From: Anthoceros angustus
Lineage: Eukaryota; Plantae; Anthocerotophyta
DNA: 64,000 nucleotides
Assembly (NCBI GenBank): GCA_010909165.1
Contig: MU008177.1
Location: 868,001 to 932,000, forward strand
Direction: 5' to 3'
The position numbers were made by a program, and so were the translations under genes. Each line of letters starts with the position of its first letter. Within the stretch, counting starts at the first letter, position 1. Below are positions 41,276 through 52,892 of this stretch, one piece after another. The notes under the pieces were generated by a model, which was not told the origin of the DNA, made no database searches, and saw only the letters and a list, made by a program, of their open reading frames with translations.

Positions 41276-41878
41276 AGAGGGTTGTTGTTGATGTGTATAC
41301 ACGCAGTGGTTGCACTTGTACCATATGGGGAGGAGGAGGAGGTGAAAGGAAAGATCCCCGCCTCGGTGCAGAGGCGGGGTTAAAGACAGCCTTGGGCGCC
41401 GTCTGCCATTTGCAGCCGGTGGCATGTGGGCACATGCCGGCCGTGCAGAACCGTGACCCTCACCCAAAGTGACGCTGCAGGTGAATTGCACTACAGCATC
41501 AGCGTCCAGTCTGGCTATGGCGGGAGTGGAAAGTGCCTTTATTTTTGTCAGCCAGGGCCTCTGTGACATCACGCACCGGCCAAGAAAGGAAAAAGGGGTT
41601 CTGAGCAATTGTAGGCCATGCCTCTGCCAACCCCCTGGACCTGGTGTCTCATCACACGGTTTTCCAAAGTATTGCGTTGCAGGAGGATGTTTCCTGTCGC
41701 CAATCATATGGCCTGACGTTCAATGTCTATGACTAGGCCGGTCCTCGCAGAAAGGAGGTCTGCAGCCTTGTATCCTTGGAAATTGTGATGGAAAGAATTT
41801 TTCAATCATGGGCATTGGGACTGCTCTCTTGAGAATCTTGAGCAGCAGAGAAAAAATTAGGATGCGCTTTGCTCTACG

Positions 41879-44866
41879 CTACATTCCATCCTCTTCTTCA
41901 ACCTGCTTAGGCTTGCCCAGACTGCTAGGCAAAAGGGGCTCGAAGGTCCAGATTGCAGTGGCCAATGCCACCAAGCCCAGATTGAAAAACACGAATTGAC
42001 TCCCTGGACACAAAAGCACGTCCACCCCATAATGTCACATGGCTTCCGACCCCCCAGTAGATCCTGCAATAGCGCCTACCGATCATACCTGGTAGAAACT
42101 GCGAATGCCGACTTTGAGACCAGGAAAAACTGCATGGAGAAACCGCAAAATCAGTGGATTTCCACCAAAGCTTCTGGAACTTACACCTGTAGGCATGATG
42201 GCTACTCACATTGCACCTCCACTGCCAGGCCCTACGGCCTTGAAGAGAGAAACAATGCTGACGGAAAGCCCGTTTGCCGCTCCCCGTCGGCTTGCTGTCT
42301 GCGAAATGTCCATGAGGTGGGCAGTGTGAGAAGACTACATCTTCGGATAATCTTCCGGCAAAGACTATATGTACAGGTGGAGAGACTGACCACAGAATTG
42401 TTGATAAGGAGAAAGGCTCCATTGAGAGTGGCAACCTGCAAAAGCGCCAATCATTTCGAAGCCCCAGCACTTTTTCTCCCTCCCTTTGTTCTTTCTACAC
42501 TTCAGAATCTGGGAGGGTGCTCACCGAAAACATGCACTTGAGGACCGTGGCTATCACAACCAATCCCTTCAGAAGAACCCCGTTGAAGTTAGAAAACCAC
42601 GGGTAGGCAGCTAGCACAGGCAGGGCGAGGATCTGCAGCCGGGGGAACGATAGCCCGCTTGAGCAGCAGTTTCACAGTTATGGAAGTGATCGTTTGTTCA
42701 GCAATGCACCAGGGCCATGATCACCTACTGCACAGATGCGTGTGACTTTGATGGGTCCCAGTCTGTTTGCAATGGGTGGAAAGAGCAGAAGTTGGAACAC
42801 CAGCAAGATCAAACCTTGAGCCCACAAGCGCACCCTTCAGTGTTTGACCAGACTTCCGACAAGTGGCACACGGGTGCGGCTTAGCTACCTGAGGACGAAA
42901 GAGCATTGCCGACATCTGTTGTGGTTAAGCCCAGCCCTCCATATGCTCTCGGGCTTACACAGTATAAGGAGAAAATCTGCAAAACAAGCAGGCTCTATTA
43001 GGCTTTCACCAGATGGGGAGAAGGGTCTGGTGTCCAGAATCATGCAGATGCAAAGGAGAAGCAGCTCCAAGGTACCTCAGTGAAAGCCATGTCGTGCAGG
43101 GACCAGAGGCAATACAGTGTTATAGCTGACATCAAGGGCCAGTTCGTCAGCAGTGAGATGAGAGAATTTGTGTCTTCTGATGTCTGTGCTTCGTGGGCAG
43201 CCGGCTCCTCTGCCACTCCTTGGGGCTTGTGATGCATGCTTGCCTGACCTTTATCATCCTTGTGCACATGAATGGTCTCCTGACGTTTGGCATTATCAAT
43301 TGTCAGCAACGAGGAGGAGCAGGATTTGGAGCATACTAGTATTTTCCCTCTGCATTCTGGATCTTGTTAGAAGAGGGCCCAGAAAAAGAGAGAACCTACA
43401 GGCAGATGGAAGGCAATGCACATGCCCACGAAACAGGCAGCTGAACACACAACCGCGGGCAATAAGTACGGGTACCTGCAATTGCGAAAATTGGCAGTCT
43501 TTAGAGAGGCAGATTCGAAGTGTCTGTTCTAGAACCGGAAGGATTTGAGTAAGACCAAACCTACTCAGCAAAGAGCGAGCCATCGGGGAACAGGCTGGGA
43601 TACTTCTGAGCTGGCTGCAGTGCACGACCAGACCTCAGCTCGTCAATCGTACCAGTGAGTATACGACAATGCATCAGGCGATACACGTACAGACTGCCAC
43701 CACCCACCTGAGCCAGGTACCCTCCAATTGCCGGACCGATTATTAGACCAACGCCCCATGTGGTGCCCACCTGTGGGTTAGGACAAAATGGAGTGAGCCA
43801 TCTCCTACCCTTTCCTACCCCAGGACCTAAATGTTTGCACAGGTAGCAACTCACCACTGCCACAGCCAGTGCCTGAGCATCTTCACTACACAGCTCGGAC
43901 GCGTAAGCCTGTAGTCATCACTTTGCGACAACACAACACATCATCTGAATGTAGCTCTCAGGTTAATCACAACCACCCATTCACTTCTGAGAATGGGTGA
44001 ATCACCTTCACAGGTCCCAGCACCCCGTTGAAGCAGCCAAACAGAAATCGGGACGCCAGTGCCATCCAGAAACTTCTACTGACTCCGAAAATCAAGTTGA
44101 GCACCATCCTGCATTATTCCAAACAGAAACGATCAGCTCAAGAGCCCTGATGCCAAATGGTGATCTTGAGTTCCAAACGTGAGCACATGAGGCTGCCCAG
44201 GCCTCTTTGCGACAGGCCTGTGGAACACTCACCCGGAGAAGACACCTGCTATGATGATCGGCCGTCTCCCATACTTGTCAGCTAACTGTCCCCAGTGCAT
44301 GGCAGTCAGGCACCGACCAACCAGGAATGCCGAGCCTGCAAGACATGCACCGCAAGGTTCACAGACTCCGGGACCTGGCACCATAACAGCATCATACTGT
44401 ACAGCGTTCCGCAACACCGAGACCCACCAACGAAGCCAGCGTAAAAGCCTATATCCTCATCACGCTCTGCGATGTGAAAGTCTTGCACCTGAAAGATTTG
44501 CAAACCCAGGAATTTTAGAAAGTTGAAAGGACGTCTCCACGCTCGAATTGTCGAGAAAAGAGCGACAGGTGCGTACCATGAAATAAAGGAAGGGGTACAG
44601 AGAACATGTTGGCAACGCTGCATGCACAGGGCAGAGTAAAGTGTACGGTGAACCTCGAAAATTTCCCAGGCCTCAACAACTTGATCTAAGTGCAATTGAC
44701 ATGGAAGTACAAGCCCACCATTACAAATAACCACCACGGCCAAGGAGAATAACTTGGAGTAAGGTGGAGGAGCCCCCTCAGCCCGCAAGTGGGCACATTT
44801 GCATCCTGGACAGTTGGGATACACAGCCTTGCTTCTTTGCAGCAGCTGCTCATTCAGATTCTCCAT
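41879..44866 (-). CDS. ZIFL: Zinc-induced-facilitator-like MFS transporter, many exons
   Basis: CPGCK..LAVVVICNALPTCSLYPFL, EDIGFYAGFV, HWGQLADKYGRRPII, WGVGLIIGPAIGGYLAQPAQKYPSLF, NWPLMSAITLYCLWSLHDMAFTEIFSL, C-terminal GSQFVFFNLG. Confidence 0.93.
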
Positions 44867-45344
44867 CGTCCAAATCGCTTGGCACACCCGACACGTAGTC
44901 ACATACTGCGTGCAGCAGCAGTGCTTTGGATGGTCATGCAGGTGCCCGTGGTGGTGGTGTAGTTCTTTGCATGAGCCTCTTATAACTAGCATTTGCTTCC
45001 GTCTTTCACTGCACACACGACTTCACATAAGCAACTAGCTGGCAGGCTCCGAAACAAACCACGGCTAGGATGGCATAAAATAAAATAGAATAAAACCTCG
45101 GTTCCGGAGTTCCCGACGGACCACGGACCCAAGACGAAAGTGGCTGAGGACCCGTGTTATCCTGGATGGACATGGGCAACCATTCACACCCAACAGCAAA
45201 TTCCTTTTCTTATTTTCTCAGTACATTTTTTATCTTCTTTTCGGTAATCTTTCTCCTAAAAGTGTAACATAGTGTAATCATAAAAAAATAATATAATATA
45301 ACAAAAAAATTAATGCACTTTTGGAGGTTGGGCATCAAAACTAT

Positions 45345-46159
45345 TGTTAACTATCTCTGTGCAACGAGTCAACAGACATACCCAAACTTGGGGTGTCCTC
45401 ACACCTGGAGGAGCAGGGCATATAGACAGCCCCCTAGTCCCTCTCAGACCCACCTGTGGGCATAGGATTAGGCAGCACCGAGGACCTATAGATACACGTA
45501 TGTCTAAGGTCTCATACTGGCAGGGTACCTGCAGGACTTCAACAAATTGCTCAGCACATCTTTAGCAATTCGGCTCTCAGATGCCTAGACGATAACTGTT
45601 ACATTACTCTAGAACTGAGATGCATGCACAACGACAAGTAGAATCTTAGTCCTAGCAAAGACTGCAGAGGAAGGTCACCCTAGAACTAGGGCTCCCGAGT
45701 TGGTTGACTAATCAAGATTGCCTAAAAAGAAGAGAGGAGGAGAAGGATCTAGAGCTAAGAAGCTCCTTTCATGGCAAGGGAGGCAAGGCCTCGTCCATTA
45801 CTTCAAATCCCCCGTACATAGTAGCTAGTATGGAAAACCTAGTTAGTAGTTAAGACTTCTACTCTAGGTTAAGAGTTAGTTCTACATTTTAGTTATGACT
45901 GTTTAATAACCGTTTATCCTTTGTGTATATAGCTCAAGCTATTCCTCCTTTTAAGACACTCTCTTTTATGCTTATGCTTGATCGCTCTTCCTTGCCGACG
46001 CGCTCGATCTCTTCTCATGTCTTACCACCGCACTTCTGTTGCATGATCCGGGGCAGCCATTTTCTTATGGTATTAGAGCCTCCTTCAGCAAGTGCGCTGG
46101 TCGCGGGTCACCGACATCGACTCCACTGATTCTAAGTCAGGTGGCCTTACCTTACGACA
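45345..46159 (+). mobile_element. LTR-like fragment (solo or partial LTR)
   Basis: TG start and CA end, TATA-like TGTATATAG near 45925 followed by a CT-rich R-like tract. No TSD found, so the boundaries are tentative. Confidence 0.35.
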
Positions 46160-46165
46160 TCGAAT

Positions 46166-46220
46166 GACCCATCTTATAATTGGTAGTGTCTTTATGACCA
46201 TACCAATTATAAGATGGGTC
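46166..46220. repeat. Perfect 20-bp inverted repeat with 15-nt spacer
   Basis: GACCCATCTTATAATTGGTA (46166-46185) and TACCAATTATAAGATGGGTC (46201-46220). Confidence 0.95.
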
Positions 46221-46299
46221 CATGTGTCCATAATAAATATAAATCCTTGGATATAAAATTAAGTAATTTACTAATTTCAAACCGGACCTTTTATGAACC

Positions 46300-46991
46300 C
46301 TCGGTCCCTGAAAAAAATAGGGGACTGAGGGTGGGGACTGGACTCCTGAAGAACCTCCAGTCCCATGTTTTTTTTAACACATGCTGGGACCGGGACCGGG
46401 ACCGAGCTTGGGACGGGGTCAAAATGACACCCTGTTTGCGTGGCTAGTTTCGATTGATCTATTTATAGTAGGCAATCAGGCATAGTGATAAACATTGGCT
46501 AGTTTCGATTGATCTGTTTATAGTATGTAAACAAAACTTTGTGATGAATAACATGAGAACTAGTCTTAATATTTTGACCCTTGATGCATTGATGAGTATA
46601 TCCATCAATGGTCTGCCTATTAAGGAGATAGATTAGAATGATATTTTTAAAGCTTGGAAAGACCAGCCCCGACGATAGAATATACTAGATATTTATATTT
46701 TATATTATTATTTATAGATTATTTATTTAATATTATTATATTTAGTGACCAAGGGTCGCAAAAAGGCACGGTCCTTGCTCGGTCCGGGACCGAGCGTAGC
46801 CAGGCAAAAAGGCACGTTCCCTGCTCGGTCCGGGACCGAGCGTAGCCAGGCAAAAAGGCACGGTCCCTGCTCGGTCCGGGACCGAGCGTAGCCAGGCAAG
46901 AAGGCACGGTCCCTGCTCGGTCCGGGACCGAGCGTGGCCAGGCTAGGTGGTCCCGGGGACTGTGATAGTACTCGGTCAAAATGACTCCCTG
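46300..46991 (-). mobile_element. Two same-orientation hAT-like termini with GGGACCG sub-terminal repeats
   Basis: Minus-strand CAGGG(T/A)GTCATTTTGACC at 46417-46434 and 46974-46991, each flanked internally by GGGACCG/CGGTCCC motifs. Partner TIRs not found. Confidence 0.45.
46759..46942. repeat. 4 x 46-bp tandem array, each unit carrying the 19-bp palindrome GCTCGGTCC-G-GGACCGAGC
   Basis: Units start at 46759, 46805, 46851 and 46897. Confidence 0.96.
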
Positions 46992-47381
46992 TACACAAAT
47001 TTCATTATGCTCATCCCTTACTCTCACTTCCACACTACCAAGCCTTCTTTTGACAAGCCTTCTTTTGCCTCTAATTCCATCAACGATGGTCTATTCACTC
47101 AAAACATTTGAGGAAGAAAATGTTTGACAAAGCAGACATTTTTGACTGAGAAGGGACATTCCCGAAGTAAAGCCGTTTGCCATGTTATTCAGTCTTAATC
47201 AGGATCGGGCACCTTATTAGATAAGGGCACCTTATTAGATAAGTAGAGATGGGGTGAGCCCATCTGCCTTACCACGACTTGTGGAAGACCCCGAGGGTCG
47301 CCGAATTAAAAAGAATTGAATGAACTGTCCCATAAATTAGCTTTCCCGGGCACATCGGAAAGCTCGTTAGGTACGAAGTAC

Positions 47382-49062
47382 TCAGGCATCGGTGCAGGCC
47401 ATGCCATACGCTCGCTTCGCGGAATCCACAGTATTGGACAGAAGCATTGCGATGGTCATGGGTCCAACTCCGCCCGGAACGGGTGTGATTGCTGAGGCTA
47501 CTCTCACTGCTTCCTCATAGCAAACATCCCCCACTAGTCTGTAGCCTCGCTCGCAGGAAGAATCCTGGGCCAGACAAGGAAGCATGTTAACAACGAAATA
47601 CTAGCAGGATATGAAAAACTTTCATTAAGCTCATATGGGTCAGCTCAATGGGGATGTTTGATGATCCCACCTCGATTGGGTTGATTCCCACATCAACCAC
47701 CACTGCCCCAGGCTTCAGCCAATCGCCTCGAACCAGATTGGGCACGCCCACGGCTACGATGACCACATCTGCGTTGCGTGTTATCTCCTCTGGGTTGTGG
47801 GTTTGTGCGTGCACCACAGTGACTGTCATGTTGTATTTCTGGAGAGAGCAAGGAAGGGTTCAAGGACATCACGGGGCAGACGATCCCCAGTTGGGAGCAG
47901 AAACAGTAAGCTGGAGCTGGAGCAAGAACCATCGAAGAGTAATGGAAGGCAGTACCTGCAATAGCATGGACGCGGGTATACCAACAATGTTGCTCCGGCC
48001 GATGACCACTGCATGTTTCCCAGCCATGTCAATCCCTGAACGCAGCAGAAGCTCCATGCAGCCCTTCGGAGTACAAGGCACAAACAGAGGATCACGTCCA
48101 TGCATTGCAAGCCTCCCGATGTTCAGGGGATGGAAACCATCCACGTCCTTCTCAAGACTCACTTCCCCTAGAACCTTTTCCTCGTTGATATGCTGCAAAA
48201 CGGCGAAAGCGTTGAAGATTGTAAGCCATCAGGCATGAATCCCAACCTTCAATAACCACACCAATACTGCAAACTTAGGACGAGGTGAAGCACACCTTGG
48301 GAAGGGGCAGCTGTACAAGCACTCCATGTACTGCTGGATCATCGTTAAATTCGCGGATGTACTTGATCACTTCCTCCTCAGATGCCTTCTCCGGAAGGTG
48401 AACACCAAAGCTTAGAATTCCTACCTCGTCGCAAGCCATCTTCTTGTTCCGCACGTAAGACTCGGAATCCCTACGGTTTCCTACCAGCACCACAGCCAGA
48501 CCTGGAACACCACCAACTCGCTCCTTCATTTTTACCACTTCAGCAGCAATCTCCTCCTTTATTTCCTTGGATATCTTGATACCATCAATAATCGCAGCAG
48601 ACTTGTCTGCTGAAGCTGTCCCCAAGACACAACCCCTGTCAGAACACCAAGTCCTAACCAGCGACAAACATAACAAAACAAAAAGGCCATATCTGCAACC
48701 GAAACCTAACCTGGGAAGACATGCTGCAAAGGTGGCCAACTAGGCCGGGCTTTCCACGCATCTTCAACATTCCATCCCAGCGTCGGAGGTGTCTTGAGCC
48801 GTTGAGACCCTGGTTGCGAGAATCCCAAATGGTTCATCCCCGGCCTTGCATTTCCCGTCAGCCCGGTCAAGCCTGCTCTACCGAATACACCTCCATAAGC
48901 CGGCGTCAAGGCGTCACTCCCATTGGCCGCCGGGCAAAACGCCAAAGCCTTTGCCCACAAATCCAGACTTTGCCTGATGCTCGGGACAGCCACCGCTCTC
49001 CGCCATGACGGAATCAGCATGCCCCTTGCACGCGACCCTGTCAGACGCGCCGTGTTCCTCAT
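47382..49062 (-). CDS. FOLD: Bifunctional methylene-THF dehydrogenase/cyclohydrolase (FolD), organellar, 5 exons
   Basis: [111 protein letters not shown]; long N-terminal targeting extension. Confidence 0.95.
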
Positions 49063-50490
49063 CGGAGCTCCCCTGCTGGCCTACGTCGGAGACAGGATCC
49101 AGAAACTGGAAGTCGAAATAGGATTCCTGTGCACAAATCCATCCCCCGCACATCAGAACAAGCAAGCTCTGGCGGCAACGGGGGCACCCACCAAGAACCT
49201 GGGGCAGAGCCGCACTCACCGGATTCTGGTCAAGGAAGCAGGAGCATAATCACACCACCTATCTGAAGCTCGCACCGCCGCTGAATGACACACAGGGGAG
49301 CCGACGGAAGCACACATCTCATCCCCCGCTCACCAGCCTGAAAAACCCACAACCCACAACCCACAACCCGAAACTGAAAACCCACAAACAGACATTCCCC
49401 AACAACACAACCCACACCGGAAGCTCAAAACCCAAACCCATCATCCTCCAGAATCACCCACCGGCGCACCGATTCCACTGCATCCACCAGCGGACCAGAA
49501 AGGCCTCAGCTTGCTTGGACACAAAGCCCACAAAAGCACACAAGGGGAACACCAACAAACACCGATCCCGTCCTCACAAATTCCCGATCTGGGCAGCGGA
49601 AGGCCACGAGCTCCTGAAAAGGAGACGCAGACAGCGGGGGACGCTTCGGTCACAAGTTACGAGCCAAGAGGAGCAATCCGCAGTCAACCAACACGGCCCC
49701 CCAGTGGAGCCGCTTCCTCACAGGAGGTAACAGGCCCAGCACGCGCCTGCTCGATTGGCCAAGGAGGGTGGGTCCATGCGCCCTCTCCTCCATCGCCACG
49801 CGCTCATCGAAACATCGACAGACGTTGCCGCCGGCCAGTCTTCTTGCACGCCGCCCGCCACCCGGGCTATACAGTCCGCGTTTCAGCCGCACTGCCCCGA
49901 TTCGTACCGCCACGTATTGCCTGGCAGCCGACAAACTTTGTCCGAGCGGGCGCCACCTGGCTATACTTGCTGGCGCCAGCCTGCACTTATAGGTATAGCC
50001 TTGCATGGGTATGGGATGAAGATGCATGTTAGTCGTTCCCATTCTCAGAAATAGATGCTATGGTGGCTGAAACCAGGGAAGAGCGTGAACGAAATACGAA
50101 ATGCACATACATACAGTGTTGGGAGGCAGGTTGTGCCATACGGGCTATACATGCGATACATGGGCTGGTCGGAGCGGGAGGCCGGTTGTTTGAATATATA
50201 TTATTATCCTGAAGGCTTTGGGGGGCAGGTTTTCGGCCTTTCCTCGAGGGGAGAGACCGGAAAACCAATGGGCGGCCACGTTGAGGGACGGACAGCACCG
50301 CGGCAGCTGCTTCCTTGTCATTTCCGGGAAATATCCTATAACCGCATAACGGTTAGGGCCGGCTCTTAGATATTTCCACCCTCACAAGCATCCTATCGAG
50401 GTTGCGTGACAAAGCATGGCATGTATGTACTTGGCATATTCGGGAATCCACTGGATGCAGAGGCGTGATGCCAGTGGGCCTTGAATGAAT

Positions 50491-52551
50491 CTAGTTACGA
50501 CTCACATGCTGGACTGGTGCAGAGTCTTGCTCTTCTTGAGGACTGCTTCTGGCACTCGTTCTCACTGCTGTGATCCCATCAACAGTCTTGAAGCCCCCCC
50601 TGGATAGGTGAAACATCGCTTGCCTGTTGCTCACCTGGAAGTCAACATACAAACAGGTGAATACGGTTTCCTCACTGCCTGAAGCTGGTGCATTGAAGGG
50701 TTGGGGAGGTGGACATACCACTGAACTGTGCTTGAGCACGGTTGCACGGCAGATGGAAGTTGTGTCATCACGTTCCAGGAGCAGCCTTGCGTGAGGAACG
50801 GATTTCCAGCTTTCACCTAGAGCTGGCTTGGTCTTGCCGTCGTCCCCAGTAACAGTATGGTTTGTGACCTGTGACATCAAGCACATGTCAGCTCCACCAT
50901 TTTCACACAGGGCATCTTGGTGCTGATAAGGATCACTGTGGAAGGTACCAGGATGGCAAGATTCTGTGCGTGTGCAATCCGCTTCAGCATGAACCCCAAT
51001 TTGATCATCGGAGGATGACCTGGAGCATTTCATGTAAATGGGCCATTGCTCAGGTTGCTGTGAGATGACATACGGAATCAGCACAAGAGTAGAGACCCAT
51101 TCACTTGTACCTTGTTGTGACCTTCCTCCAAGAATAGGGGAGATTAGAGAAGATGCAGAATCTACTATCAAAAGACTCAGCGTGGGATGCTCCTCTGTTG
51201 CCTGCAATGCAGAAAAGTTTGATTGATGTATAAATCACAAAAGTAAGCATACAGTGTTACTGCAACGTTTCTGGCAAGTACAATATCGTGCACAGGGATC
51301 TGCACGACGCAAGTACCACACCTGCACGGGCACTGCTTCGAGCTCCTGGATGAACTCGAAAAGAGAAAAGATGCTGTATATTCGATAGACTACAATATTC
51401 CTCATGGCACACTCCAGCTCATCTTCTGCGTCCTGAAAGCTATACAACACAAGGGCTGCATAATTTCTCCAGTCTTTCCCCGCATACATCGCCAAAACAT
51501 GTGGTCAAAGATTTGTGCACTGGCAAAACAGGCTGCCGCCTTTCAGGTCCGGAGCAGTAGTTCAACAAGTGACTGGTAATTGCTCACCCTGATTTTCTTC
51601 CTAGATCCCAAGGCACCACCCAGCATGTGCGCAATTCTCTTAGCTGAAAAGGAGTTCGATGTGTCTACATATGCCACAGATGCCATTGTCTGGCAGGCCA
51701 CCGTTGCAGCAGTTTGCAAACAGAGCTGCTGGGCACAAGCAAACGGGTATTAAGGCTGCTGCACATCTAGCACCAAAAGGTGACGTAATGACATAAAAGT
51801 GAAACAAGTCCAAGCGGGAAACTGAAGGACGAGACGTCATCGTCAAGCACCCAAGTTCCTAGCTGCTGGCATGCCAGTACTGAGACCCATGAGGCAGAGA
51901 CCAAGCTGCCTGAGAAAACAACAAAGCAGAAGTACCTGTGTTTTGCCAGACGCAGATGCACCGACCACCTCTGTCACCGCACCTTTTAACAAGCCTCCTT
52001 GAAGCATAGAGTCCAGACTGCAACGGAAAGGAAACTTTTGAAGTGCTTGTGGAGGTGCCAGACTCTCACAGCGCGTATCGACATCTCCCTACCTGACACA
52101 GCCAGTGGGAAGAAAATGATTGCCACGCTGCTGCTGCAGAAAACTGTCACCAAAGTGGATTCCTCCATGAAGAGTCTCTGCAAATGACAACAACTCTGCA
52201 ATAGCCTACAGGTCCGAGCAGTTAGTCATGAAATGTGCAATCAGCTCTTAGCGTAGTTATGGAGAAGGGAAGTCGGGGAGAGGTCAACCTGGCTCCGTTC
52301 TTTCCTGTCAGTGCCTGGCAAGGACTGAACGTCGCAGGCAAGGAAAGCTTCGACTGCCACATTAACAGGGAGTGGTAAGCACAAGCGTCCAATGAATCAG
52401 CTCCCCGAAATTCAAGACTAGACTTGAAATGCAGTCCTGAGAGGCTCAGAAAATCAAGGGGCAGAATAGACATACCTGTGTAGATGGATTGGGACGAAAA
52501 GTACGCAAGCGCCTTCTGACTCAGGGATGGAAGTGAAGACAGCAAAGGCAT
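50491..52551 (-). CDS. RAD51D: DNA repair protein RAD51 homolog 4
   Basis: VEAFL, FLPTGC, Walker-A-containing exon, LLIVDSASSLISPILGG, VTNHTV..KPALGESWKSVPHARLLL..VLKHSS. Confidence 0.9.
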
Positions 52552-52892
52552 TCTGGCATTGTAGGAAAAAGTTGCTCCAACTGCACCACGGCATTCAGCA
52601 ATGCATTCTACTTAGCGCCATGGTGGTGACTCGAGAATCAGGTGCAAAAATAACTAGGTTACGGGCGTCCGTGCCTTCGTGGTGCGGACAACTGGCAAAT
52701 GCAAAAATAGTCGCCCCCTCAGAGCATTATGTTGGAGCTGGGCGTCGTCTTCAGTCATCTCGGAGACTGCAACTCGTGAGTCTGAGGAGCGTCCTGGACT
52801 TCAAGGTTGGCTCATGATCGAATTGCAGTCACTCTCCTGCTTGCTGTCAAAGGAATGTTTTCACGTCATCCATTCTTGGTTGTTTGTGACAG

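Noticed and set aside
36162-41435. Many long overlapping ORFs on both strands
   Set aside because: By-products of high GC in the PPR and SPRY coding regions.
49340-49440. (ACCCACA)n telomere-like run
   Set aside because: Reads as a GU-rich stretch on the FolD sense strand, like the GU-rich SPRY intron; most simply a 5'-leader intron.
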